Positions 49,916-62,188 of a stretch of DNA of 64,000 nucleotides are shown piece after piece. Position 1 is the first letter of the stretch, and each line of letters opens with the position of its first letter. The stretch covers positions 1,984,001-2,048,000 of the forward strand of contig CM068769.1 in assembly GCA_035084275.1 (NCBI GenBank), written 5' to 3'. The notes beneath the pieces are model-generated. The model was not told the DNA's origin and searched no databases. It saw only the letters and a program-made list of their open reading frames with translations. The translations under genes were made by a program, and so were the position numbers. The DNA comes from Hydrolagus colliei. Lineage: Eukaryota.

Positions 49916-50284
49916 GTTCACACCCACAAACCACAAAGACTGTTTCTCTCTCTCACGCGCACACACAAAGACACACACAAACTATTCGTGTCTATATCTC
50001 TATCTATGTCATATACACATGCACACACAAACTCACAGACTTTCTCTATTTCTATCTCTCACACACACAAACTCACAGGGACACTCTCTCTCTTACACAC
50101 ACAAACACACACTCACAGATTCACACATACGGTCTCAGTCAGGAAATTAGCAGCAGCCTTGATAGTATCTGACAGCAGCTGCCAATGTAACCCTTTATAG
50201 CAGAAAAGAGAAGTCATTCAAAAATACGTGTGATCGCATGACTGTTAAACTGGGATATGTCAGGGCAGACAATGTGGGGTGTGG

Positions 50285-50590
50285 AGCTCCTGTAGCTCAA
50301 TAGTTAGAGCACTCACCTTACCAGCGCATTAGACCTGTGTTCGAATCCAGGCAGATCAACGCACAACTATGGGGAAATTTCCTTATTCCACACACGTCAA
50401 ATAATAATCCCTGAATTTTTTCTTTTTTAAAATTGTCATCTTCAATCCACGACTGTTTGTATCGACGCTATTGTGCACAAATAACTACCGAGTTTCGCCC
50501 ATAAACATCAAGTCAAATAACTTGACAGTATAGTTGTGCAATGATTCGAGATGTCGATGAGATGTGAAAAAGGCTGGATGAAATGAAAAC
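50285..50590 (+). mobile_element. Deu-domain SINE copy
   Basis: 'agctcctgtagctcaatagttagagcactcaccttacc' head with core and tail. Confidence 0.75.
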
Positions 50591-51689
50591 GTTTTTATGA
50601 TATCACACTGTGAATTTATCTACAGTGTTTGAGAGGCATGTGATTATAGTACATAAATACGCAAAAATGATCTGCTGGTTCTGTTGTATTGTACTGATCC
50701 TCGTGGATTGTGCTAGGGTTCTTGTTAACATGTAGTTGAGCATTAATAGTGCATCCAGATACTCCATCTAAAGTTATAATTATGCCGGTATTTTCTTCAA
50801 ATTCCACACCCAGATCCTGTAGCAAACCATAACTTCTGTCAACCCACACAAATACTATCACATGTCTATATCTATCTTAATGATCTGTCTCTGTTAGTTT
50901 CGCTGTCAGGCCCGCTCCATCATGCAAAAACAGAGAGCCCACCCACCTCCCCACAAACACACATACACAAGCCCATAGAGAGCCACACACTTTGGCCTCT
51001 GAGTATGAATTCCGCAGAGACACCACCGTGACCGGCCAGCCCCCGCCCCACGCACAAACACACTCACACATACACACAGACCAACCCATCCGCACCCCCA
51101 CCACACAAATGTACACCCACCCACGCACAAACACAAATACATCACCAGTTATATGCAGAAACACGCAACCTGAGACCCCTCTCACCCTAGTACTCCCCTC
51201 ACTCACGCCTCCCCAACCTCACCCCCTCCCCCACACTCCCCCTCCCCCTCCCGCAGATATAAGCACGATGGCCTCTGAGGTTCGCATCTCAGAATGAATT
51301 GTTGAACAATGTTTGAGAGGCCTATGATCATAGCAAAGAAACGCTTGGCAATTACCTATTTGTTGTCAAATGGTTTATTTATTGCTGTGGATTATGTTCG
51401 GTTTATTTACATCCATTGTTATTAATAATATTGGATCCATGTACCTGAAGGTACTCGATCCAGGTACACAAATTATTAATTAGGCTGTTATTTATTTCGA
51501 CTTCCAATCAGCTCTGATATCTTACAATAAGCTCATTGGCACAGCCTGTGTCAACAAGTATAAGTTTTTTGTCTCCTAAAGATGTGCTTCTGTAGTTGTC
51601 TGGCCTGCTCTTTCCAACACAAACACAGACCACCACCCCCCAACACACAATTCTTCGCTAATCGTACACACACACATTCGCTTATTAGG

Positions 51690-52220
51690 ACATTGGTGAG
51701 ACCACAACTATAAAATTGTGTGCAGCTTTGGTCTCCCCATTTAAAAAATAAGTGTGCTCGCCTTGCAGGGTGACAGCGTAGATTCATTAGGTTGTTATCT
51801 GAGATGAATTGGAATGATCTATGAGGAATGGTTGAGCAATCTGTGCCTATATTCCCTCGAATAGAAAACTTAAATATTATTACGGGGCTCGACCGAATAG
51901 ATAGTAGAAGTCTGTTTCGCCTGTTTGGAGCAAATATATCCAGGAGTCACTGCATTAACATGATAATATTACCAATTTCAGCCCTTTCGCACTGAGGTGA
52001 GCAAACACGTCTTCACTCAGAGGGTAGTAGATTTATGGAATTATCTGCCACCGAAGGGATGTACAACATATTCAAGATTGAGATTGATAGATGTCTGGAT
52101 GATGAAGCGATTAAGAGTTATGGGGATAAGGCAGTTAACTGGAGTTAGAATAGATCGGCCATGATCTTGTGAAATGGTGGGGGGGGGCAGGCTCGAGGGT
52201 TCATATGGCCTATTCGTGCA
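51690..52220 (+). mobile_element. CR1 LINE 3' fragment
   Basis: 'gtgtgcagctttggtctccccatttaaaaaa...ttcactcagagggtagtagatttatggaa...ggcaggctcgaggg'. Confidence 0.75.
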
Positions 52221-53070
52221 GGAGGCTGCTCAGAGAATATCGGACATCAACCAGCAATATTCTGCATAAGAGGCGAGAGAATGTGTAAAAGCTACCATAA
52301 GATCCAGAATGAAAGTATCCAAATATGAATTCCTTCATTTTGGATCATGAATTGATCTCATTGATATGTGGACAAACGAAGCTTAAATACATCTCTTTCA
52401 ATTCCTTCCAAAGCATTTAAATGGCACTTTACCATTGAAACTAATGTGGTGATTAGCATGACTGCCGGATAGTTATTGATTGGTTCATGAAATTTAAGAC
52501 ATATAGAAGCAGGCGTACGACATTCTGCCACTCGAACCTGCCCCGGCATTGGATAAGATCATTAATTCACCTGAGGATAATGAGTGAAAATGATCGAAAA
52601 TCAAAGGCGCAGTTTAATTGGGACAATTACCGAGACTACTGTCAAAAACCAGTTAAGTGAATATTATAATCATTTGAATTAATAATCTGTTAATGGACCA
52701 TTGATTTGTAGAATGGGCCTAACCTTTGTGAAAAAATCCATTGTTACGCTTATTTAGATTAAGTATTTCAGGTGGACAGACACGTCAGGTGTGAATACGT
52801 CTCACATGTCAGGACACTAATTGAATTTGATCTGCAGTGTTTGAGGGGCCTGTGAATATGTCATAGAAACACTTGACAATGAACTGTTGTTAATCATACA
52901 CAGGTAGATCTCGCTTAACGTCGCTTTGGCCAATGTTGTTTCTCCATTATGTCGTCAATACTCATTGATTGTCAATGTGGTTGTGTTGTTTCTAACAATT
53001 TCTGTCAGTAGAAACAGTGGGTCCATGTAATCAATTCAAAGTACCAATTAGGTCTGTATCACCACCAGCT

Positions 53071-53220
53071 GTGACATCACCGCTGTCAGTGACATCACCG
53101 CTGTCAGTGACATCACCGCTCTCAGTGACATCACCGATCTCAGTGACATCACCGCTCTCAGTGTCACCACCACTCAGTGACACCACCACTCTCAGCGACA
53201 TCACCGCTCTCAGCGAAATT
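53071..53220. repeat. 18-bp tandem repeat, about 8 copies (gtgacatcaccgctstca)
   Basis: Directly visible: gtgacatcaccgctgtca x2, then variants decaying to the right. Confidence 0.9.
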
Positions 53221-53339
53221 ACCAGACAATCAATGGAAAGTATTGATTTTTCCTGAATTTACTGCATCTGTGGTGTCGCCTGCCTGAACGGACAAGTTTT
53301 ATCTGTTTTGTTGATCTACTCTGTGACTTTGCACTGGCA

Positions 53340-53600
53340 GTCCCGCTCAAACTGTCGCACGCACGCACACACACAGACACACTCACGCAGATTTTCCTGC
53401 CACACACACAGACACCCCTCCCCACACATAAGTACACAGGCCACCCACACATACCCTCACAAACATACACAAAGACTCGCCACACCCAATCCCCAACACA
53501 CACAAATACACAGACCTCCGCACATAAACATACACAGTACCCCTCTCCCATACTCTCTCACACACACGCAGAACTCCCACACACGCATTCACATACAGGC
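53340..53600. repeat. (CA)n-rich tract
   Basis: Degenerate cacaca repeats. Confidence 0.8.
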
Positions 53601-54359
53601 ACAGTTTAAAGCAGGACGCAAGCAGCAGCTAAGATCTTATCTGATAGTTGGTGGCGAATTTAACTCTTTATTCTCCAAAGTGACGTGAAAGAGGCTTAGA
53701 AATATGTAGCTAAGCACAAAGCCATTGGTGATACCTGTGGTCAATTGATTGTGACCTATCTTCAGATGAGCCAATCGTGGAGGGCACACCTGTGGGGATT
53801 GAGCATTTGGTCTCATTTGGCAGTTACTTCAGTGACACATTTCGGTTCTCCTGCAACGCATCAGAATGTCTGTGGCGCAGCCAATGTCGACTAAAATATA
53901 TTGATCTATTTATCTGATCAGACTCTATCTCTCACACACAAACACACGATTGAAAGCAGGAATTCAGCATGCTGCTCAGACGATAATTGAAATGTAACCC
54001 ATCGCTTGTCAAAGAGGCAACACAGAGCCATGGAAATTTTAGGACATTTAAGGAAACAAGCATAACAAAATTATCATGTTACAGGGCGAAGCTAAAGTCA
54101 TTGTCAAGTATGGAGGATATGGAATGTTCCAGATGCAAGATAAATATTTTTAATATACAGGTGGAAGTGTTTCTCATTGATATCAGTACATTTCCTAAGT
54201 GTTCTAAGGACAGCAAATAGGTGAAATAGCTCATTATTTCGTGCAAAATATGTCTTTCTTTTACCAAAAGCAAAAACAACAACAATATTACATTCATATA
54301 GCCGTTTCACGTCTGGGTGATTTTCCAAGGCGTTGGACAGTTACTGCTTAAGACCCGTG

Positions 54360-54650
54360 CTGAGGACAGGATGGGCGAAGGGGAGAATCAGGAATTGCTA
54401 ATGGATACATCGAAGAGAAGAATCTGGAGGCGAGACTAAGAAGGCAAGGGAGGGGGTGAGAAGGAGGTGCTTCGGAGCAGCAGAGTTTGGGTGCTGAGTG
54501 GCTAAAGACTCGTCCGCCAGTTTAAAGGCGGGTGGGTCGGGGGGGATGGACTTGACCAAACCCTGCTTAACGGAGGAAGTGGGCAGGTAGGTAAGGGGAC
54601 AGGAAGTCACGGATGTAGGGCGGGGAGAGGTTGTGGAGGGCTTTAAATGT
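54360..54650 (-). mobile_element. L2 LINE 3' fragment
   Basis: 'ggtaaggggacaggaagtcacggatgtaggg...gagaggttgtggagggctttaaatgt' is the reverse of the KALHNL motif region. Confidence 0.6.
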
Positions 54651-54799
54651 AAGTATTATTATTAATTTGATAAAGCATACAATGACAATTGAATTATAAG
54701 ACTTTCAAACAATCTGGAGGAAGTTCAGTGTCCGAAACCCTTCAAGGACACATTAGAGACATGGGAGCCTTCAACATGTTAATAGTAATAATAATAATA

Positions 54800-55100
54800 A
54801 TATTTTCAGTTGATATCGCGCTTTTCACATCTGATCGACGTCCCAAAGAGCTTCAATGGTTATACGAAAGTGAGTTGACTGTACATTTGTGAGCGAATCA
54901 CGGCAGCAAATAGCGCAGTCGTGGATTGAAATTATCAATTTTATTATTGTAGATTTTTGAAGGGAATATTAATAGCGTGTGGAGTAAGGAAACTTGACCA
55001 TGGTTTCATCCTGACTTGCCTGGATGCGAATACAGTTTTCCCCATTTTCGTCCCTCCAGCTTGCAAGACAAGTGCACTCCCCACTAAGCCACAGGAGCCC
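54800..55100 (-). mobile_element. Deu-domain SINE copy
   Basis: Minus-strand head 'ggctcctgtggcttagtggggagtgcacttgtcttgcaag' with core and tail. Confidence 0.7.
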
Positions 55101-58100
55101 CACAGATTGGCTGCTCATTGATAGCCATTAAATCAAACGTTCCCCCCAAGACATGTAATCCTGCATCAGATACAAACAAGCCTCAGGCTCTGTCTGATTT
55201 CATAGGCCACGTTTCCGCCATTGTGTCAGGCAGCACGATGAAAGTGAAAACACGAGCAAATATATCCATGTATGGTTACATGGCTGCTGATTGGTTACTC
55301 TTATCAGGGTACAATAAATATATGTTCTACATATTCACAATCTATTAATGATATTGCCGGAGACGTTGGTTTGTCTGGACCTGTTGTGTGGGGCTGCACG
55401 ATAAGGATTTTAGTGGCTGATAGCACATACTTTATGTCCATCACATCGCTCTCCCATTGCCCAGGACCGATGATGCGGTCGCTAGTGATTTACCTAATCC
55501 TGCACATTCTCCCAATTAAGTTAATGGTTACTGAACTATCTCCATAATATATATCCATAACTATCTCCATAATATAATCGCAATCATAATAAGCTTTGTA
55601 CTTGTTAATAGTAACTGTGGGTGATCAGTGGCTTTTAATCCTGAATATTGTACACACTAATAATATAATAGGTGGAATTCCTCTCCACCGAATCACTCAG
55701 ATTTATATAACTTTTCACATTATGGGCGTTTTGTTTAGTGTCCCATCTAAATATAATTAACTATTCTCAGTATTATTTGAGAATCAATTCAGTTGATGGA
55801 TTTTACAGTTGGCGATTTTATGATTAAGAGTAAATATATATTAACATTGCTTTGAACTATGAAAACATTGCATACCATTTTCAGCAAATTAAGAAAAGTG
55901 ATTATTTTCCCCCCAATCAGTCTCGAAGTAGAAAATCAGATTTGTTTGAAAATGAGATGGATGTACATATCTATACAGACTTTAAATGAAATGGTGAAAA
56001 AACGTTGTTGAAAGTGTTCAATTGAATGCATTGAAAACGGTAAGGGAGCTTGTGACATCAGGGGCAACGTGTATATTTGCTTTGTGTCTGGCATACTCCG
56101 TCCCGCAATCCCTTTGCGTCGTTGCCTCCCTTTCTTTCGTCCTTCACGTATGTCCTCAAGAACTTCCTCTGTAACCACGCTCTTTTGCTGCCCTACGAAC
56201 CGCCCACCCTTCTTTCCTACTCTCCTTCCCGCTGCCACTACCCCGACCTTTCTTCCCCTGCTCGAGTCCCCGCCTAACTCTTCATCCCCGCCCGACGTCG
56301 AAGGCGCTCTACAAATCTAAATTTGTTGTTTTGTTGTTGTACTTCGGAGCAGATTGTGGGTAATGTGAATATTCCAACGTTTGTTTCAGCATTTTAGATT
56401 AATTATTAAATAATATTCTTCTTTGTTTGATGGTGCACATAAAATTGGAACACGAAGAGTTTATCAGTTGTAACTAGTGTGTGAACTAACTAGAGGTGAA
56501 TTATCTGCTGCTGTGAGAGGCTGTAACTCCAGCTGTTAAATCTGTTAAAGCTGAACATTTTATAACATTTAGTTTTTGTTGAGTTACCGTTTAATTGAAT
56601 AACACTGGTATTTATAGCGAGGGTATAAATCAAACAGTACTGATATATGCTGGTTACTGTTGCTCTTCAATCTCCTCTTTCTAGAAATCAAAACAAGATA
56701 TATTGAAATAGCGACTAGCCTGCCAGCCAGGCGACCTGACGCTTTTAAAACTGGTGGCTGTGTGTGCGGAACCCCAATGGAACGTTGGCTTAACACAGCT
56801 GGCCACACACATGAGCCGGGGCAGGGAGCTAAGGGAGTGGAGTTGGTGTCAGAATTGACCGATAATGAGACTGCCTTGCAACAGACATGGGAGAAGGTAG
56901 CGAGGTGTGGGGAGGGTAGCGGTAGCTGCAGTACAGTGGTCCCGAGCGCGGAGATGCAACGGCTGAAGGCAACGCTCGCTGGTTGTGAGACACAAAAGGC
57001 GGGGGGGATGAGGGAGGGGGGCGCTGGAATGGTGGTGGTGGTGGGGGGTGGGGGGGTGGACATGTACACCAGGTCAGGGTGACGGAAGTACAGTCAATAA
57101 TCTTGGTTTAATGATTAAATTCAAGTTTGATTACAAAATATATACACCTGGACATCAATACTTTACTCTGAATTTTATTGACCAATAATCATTCGGCGGA
57201 ATGTTTTTGGCAAACAGGATGCAATTGACAGTGAAGGACAGACACAGATAGGATATTGCTGTTACAGTGGAGCTGTAGCTGAGCCGTTGCCTTCTGTTCT
57301 GCACCTGCCCTGCTCTGAGCGATAATAACACACTTGTTTCCTGTGAGAAACAGGGAATAAACAAATGTAGCGATTTGATACGACTTCAATTTAAAATCTA
57401 CTAATATAACGTTGATCGTGTAGTAATGATAAAAATGCTAATTGCTTCATTTGATATAGCGCGATTCGTATTTTCTAAATGTCCCAAAACACTTCACAGA
57501 ATACACTGAAAACTGAGTTGAATGTGGGTATAATGTGGCAGATAATTGCGCACAGCAGCGTCCCAACAAATAGTCGTGGATTACGTGAATAATTTATTTT
57601 CGTGTCTTGAAAGATTATAATTAGCCGTGTGTAGTAAGGAACCTGGCCCGATGTTTCGCCCTGCTTGGAATTGAACACAGGTAATGACAGTAGTTAAGGA
57701 GTGCTTTTATAGACAGGATTTTATAAATTCGGCAAATTTAAAAAAGTATATATTGGACACAAAGAAGCGATGAAAAAGTTGAATTATACACAGTTGCAGC
57801 TGCATTAGACTGACTGACTGGTTGATTTGCTCAGAGCTCTCTCACAGCGACTGATAAACAGATTAAAGATAAAATCTTTGAAATCGGCAAAATATTTAAC
57901 TTTAAAAACTAAATTGGTTTGGACGAAGAAGCAAGGAACTGTTAAGTTAAACATAGCCGAAAATGCGCACTATACTTTTTATAACTACTATCAAGTGTGT
58001 TTTAAATGTATCTGCATTTAATTAGAAAAGGATTGGAACCAATATATGTTTTATTACAGGAGCCTTACGCACTCTTAAGCATTTAACCAAACCACTCCTT

Positions 58101-61100
58101 TATATTCTGATCTTTTTTAAACTAAACACTCGCTCTCTCCCCCATCAGCCTGCCCGTTTCCTGCGTTCAGCAGCCTGCTCCGCTTCCCCCGCCCAAAACG
58201 GTGGCCGGGCTTTCAGTCTCTATGTCCTCCACACTGTGGATCACCATCCCGCTAACTTTTCGCCTCGCGTTCTCCCTTTCCTCCTTAAAAGACGGTCTCA
58301 AGACATTTCTACAGTGCCTTTTACTCCCCTCCGAACTCTCCACACTCTCCTACTCCTTTCCACCCTAACACTTCCCCTCTGCTTGGATCACGACCTAACT
58401 GATCTGCGCCTTGTGACGCCCTCCCGAGTCAATGGAATCCCAGAGCAGGTCATTGAGAAGTACAAGGATTAAATCTGTGCCATGGAGCCCGTCCCCCACT
58501 GCCCAGCCCTGTACAGCTCTGTGTGTGTCTATTTGGCTCTGTGGCTCTCTCCTCAAAGTGATGTCAGCCGAGAGATGCAGTATCGCATGTTGATAGGAGA
58601 CAGTGAAAGTGAATTGCTCTGCTATTGACTGCAGCTTTTCACTCAAGCTCTGACATGTATTTGATAAACAGCCCTACCACTCAATTAGAATTTCACAAAA
58701 CAATTCACAAAATTTACTGTACTGTGTACAGACTGTGTGTTTTGTGCGCAACGACAGTAGTCTGTTTGCATGCAACAATTTTCTCACTGACAACCATGAA
58801 GTGATCAATTTTAGTTGAAGGATTACTGGACAGCACACTATGAAAACCACTAATATATTTTCCAATCAGGCCGTGCGACCTTTAGCATATAACATAATGA
58901 CATCTCATGGATGTCAATAACTACAAAGCAGCACTATATCCCCCCCACCCACCCTCACCAGTGAATTATTATATCAAAGTCTCTACCATTCTTATCATTA
59001 AGATGTGGTATAGCTGTCAGACTGACGCTCGGTTGATGTCAGATACTCGTCCTTCGTGAAAATGTATTAATTAATACAATCCCATGAAGTTTTCAGCGAA
59101 AAAAAGAAAGTCTCAGAGAGTCGTTTTAAAATCATTTCATTGGATAGACATTCCTATTTGTACATCTTCAAGTGTTTCCAAACTCTTTAGCATTCAATGA
59201 AGATATACACAGACAAACAGGTGGGTGCAATGGTATGTTTCTAAACAACCATTTTAATCGGTTTTTAATAAAGTCATTAAATTTTGTGGTGTGAATCCAT
59301 TATCCGATCATCTAACTATTTTAATATAACGATCATCTAACCGTTTTCCTTCTTGTAATTTAAAACCGTTAAATCAGATATCCTCTGATCCAGAATAATA
59401 CAGAATTGATCCAGTCCAGAAAGTAATCCACACATATTCAGTCAATTAATTCACCTTGCAGTATATATTGCCAAGCGCTTTGAGACGTCTAGAAAATGTA
59501 ATCAGGCGCTACATCAAATGCAGGGATCTTTGCTACTAAAAATTTAGTCAATTTACTATGTATTTTACGATATATCCTGTGAAGTGCATTGAATCGTCTC
59601 AATGACATGATGAGGCTTTGTGTCAAAAGGATTATTATCATTATTAAGCACACTTTCCCTAATGGATCACGGCTCTGTTCGTCAGTTGCTTTGATGTTTA
59701 TATTGATCACAAACAAGAAGAGAAAATAAAGCAACTAATATAGTACTAACGCAAACCACCCACAGTAAATTAAAACTCTGCCATGCACAGTTGTTTCCAA
59801 TACCCTGGTGAATATTGTATCACATCCAGTAATAATAATGCTTACGTTTCATGTAGCGCTTTTTGAATCTTCTAAGCGTCTCCAAGTGCTTGACAGAATA
59901 TACTCTAAAGTGAATTGACGATATAATTGAGGACGAAATATTGCTACGATTTTAATATTATAATAATAATAATAAAAATAATACTGCTGTATTCACGGGT
60001 GCAGGAAAGAATAAGAATCGTTTCATTTGACACAATGCTGTATCACGTCCTTAAGACATCTCATCGTATTTTACATCGTACAGCGTGATGTTAGCTGACT
60101 TTAAAGCGAAACGCGGCACCTGATTGTGCATTTCAGTGTCCGACAAACTGTCGTGGATGGTCTGTCCACTTTATTATCCTTTTATTGCTATGCGCAATGC
60201 CTTGTCCGCTGGAATGCCCAGCTCTTCCCAACACTGTAGCCCTATCGTGCAGCTCGTGTCGTCTCCAGTACAAGCCATGACAGCCTGTCAGTCCTGCCTC
60301 ACATTGCTGTTTAGTAATGAAATGCCTCCCACCCCACACACACATATAGAACGGGGAACACGCTCCAGTTCAACAATGCAGGGGAGAGATAGAGTGGAAG
60401 AGAGAGAGCGGGAGAAGAGACACACACATTGTCCACATTAAACCACGTTAGAAATTTAATAATTTGATCAGTGAATCACGTAATTCACGGCTATTTGCGT
60501 GAATGCTCCTGAGTCCAACTGGATGCGATGACCCATCCACAAACGACACCGTCACCACACTGTTATTTTCTAAGATACGCTTTCAGAGTATCCAATGACA
60601 TAATAAGGCATGATATCCCATGAAAGAGTTCTCGTTAGTATAGTTATTATTATATCGATATTATTTGATTAGAAAATATCCTGTGTACGCATGTGTATAT
60701 ATATATAAATGAATATATATATATATATCTATATATATATAAAACGACGCAAGGGATTAGGGACATAGGATTGGGTGACGTGTTATAGAAACATTAATTG
60801 GTTCAAATCGTACATGTGCAATACAGTAACAAAGCCTAAATAGTAATTGTCTCGCATGATGAAGATCCTGGATACGATTCCCTGGCAAAATCGTAGGTGT
60901 GTTTCCCTATTCCACCATGCCTGTGTTTACACATCTATGGAAATACTATTGTGAGTGAGTACTACTGAATAGGCCGAAGGGCCACCTTCAACACAACCAA
61001 TGTCTAGATGAACTAACTGCTGATATTTTAACCGTTTAGGTCGGCAAGTCAACGGTCAAACTAAGAAATTAGGTGAGGATTATCTTAGTTTTAAATTAGT

Positions 61101-61864
61101 TATTCGCTCCACCGTGATTGTTCATGAGCTATTTCGATCTTTCACAATATTAGATTGAAGGAATATTTCATCTACAGGGATCATTATTATTTTCTGTTGT
61201 TTGAATGTCAACTGCAGTATTTTTGGGGACACTCTAGTAGTTCTGGTTGAGCAAAACAATTAAAAATATATTGATTGCCCTGTGATAGGGAAAGGAATGG
61301 AATGTAAACATATCTACTCCCCGATAACGCTAACGTCACTACTATTGTATTCATACCAATATCAGTGACATGATTTTAATATCCTTGTTCTGTTCCTCAA
61401 CTAATTTCGACGTGTAACAGGCTTATCTCCCGTTGCAAAATGCACACATCGATTCCAATCCAGTTTTCGCCTTGTTTGAGTTATGCAATCGTAATATTAT
61501 TGTGCCGAATCCTGATTAACTTATAACTTAAACGAGATATATTAGGAAACAAGTCTGCGGTGCCTTTTAACATATTGATTGTGAAAGCTCGAGAGGTCCA
61601 TGCTTGTTTGTCTCTGTGTTGCTCATTTATTTAAATGAGCAGCGAAGCAGTCCACGAAGCTCTTACAAGGCTTCGGATAATTTACTATCAAGAGCAGTAA
61701 CTCTTTGTAGTTAAGTAACTCTTTATAGTTACTTTTCTCAAGTAATGTGGAGAAATGCAGAAGCCAAGACACACATAAGGATTATTACCATCATTCTTAT
61801 TATCTTGTGTGATTAGAATTATTTTAAAATGAGCAGCTGATGTATGTTTGTGATATTGTTTCAG

Positions 61865-62188
61865 ATGATATGAGGTTGGCTAATGGAGGCAGCGCGTGTG
61901 CTGGGAGAGTGGAGGTTTATCACGATGGACAATTGGGCACAGTGTATGGCGCTGGCTCTGGCAATCATGGCTGGGATATGGAGGACGCGGCTGTGGTGCG
62001 TAAGGAGCTGGGCTGTGGAGCCGCGCTGTCAACGCCAAGAAGTGCTTACTTTGGGGAAGGCTCAGGTCCCATTGTGACGTATTATGTTGAGTGCAGGGGC
62101 AGTGAGGCTGCTCTGAGGGATGGTCAGTCACGGACCTGGAGTCACTATTCCTGGTCACACTCCTATGATGTCAGTGTCATCTGCTCAG
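61865..62188 (+). CDS. Single scavenger receptor cysteine-rich (SRCR, group B-like) domain exon of a CD163/WC1/DMBT1-like gene
   Basis: tttcag|...MRLANGGSACAGRVEVYHDGQLGTVY...GWDMEDAAVVRKELGCGAALSTPRSAYFGEGSGPI...VECRGSE...DVSVICSG|gtaaat. It is 324 nt, phase 1-1 and open. Four of the eight consensus Cys are missing, so it may be non-functional. Confidence 0.88.

Noticed and set aside
53071-53220. CRISPR-like array
   Set aside because: It is a head-to-tail repeat with no unique spacers, in vertebrate DNA.
57189-57343. Minus-strand acceptor followed by a mildly hydrophobic frame
   Set aside because: It is isolated, with no partner exons or homology evident.
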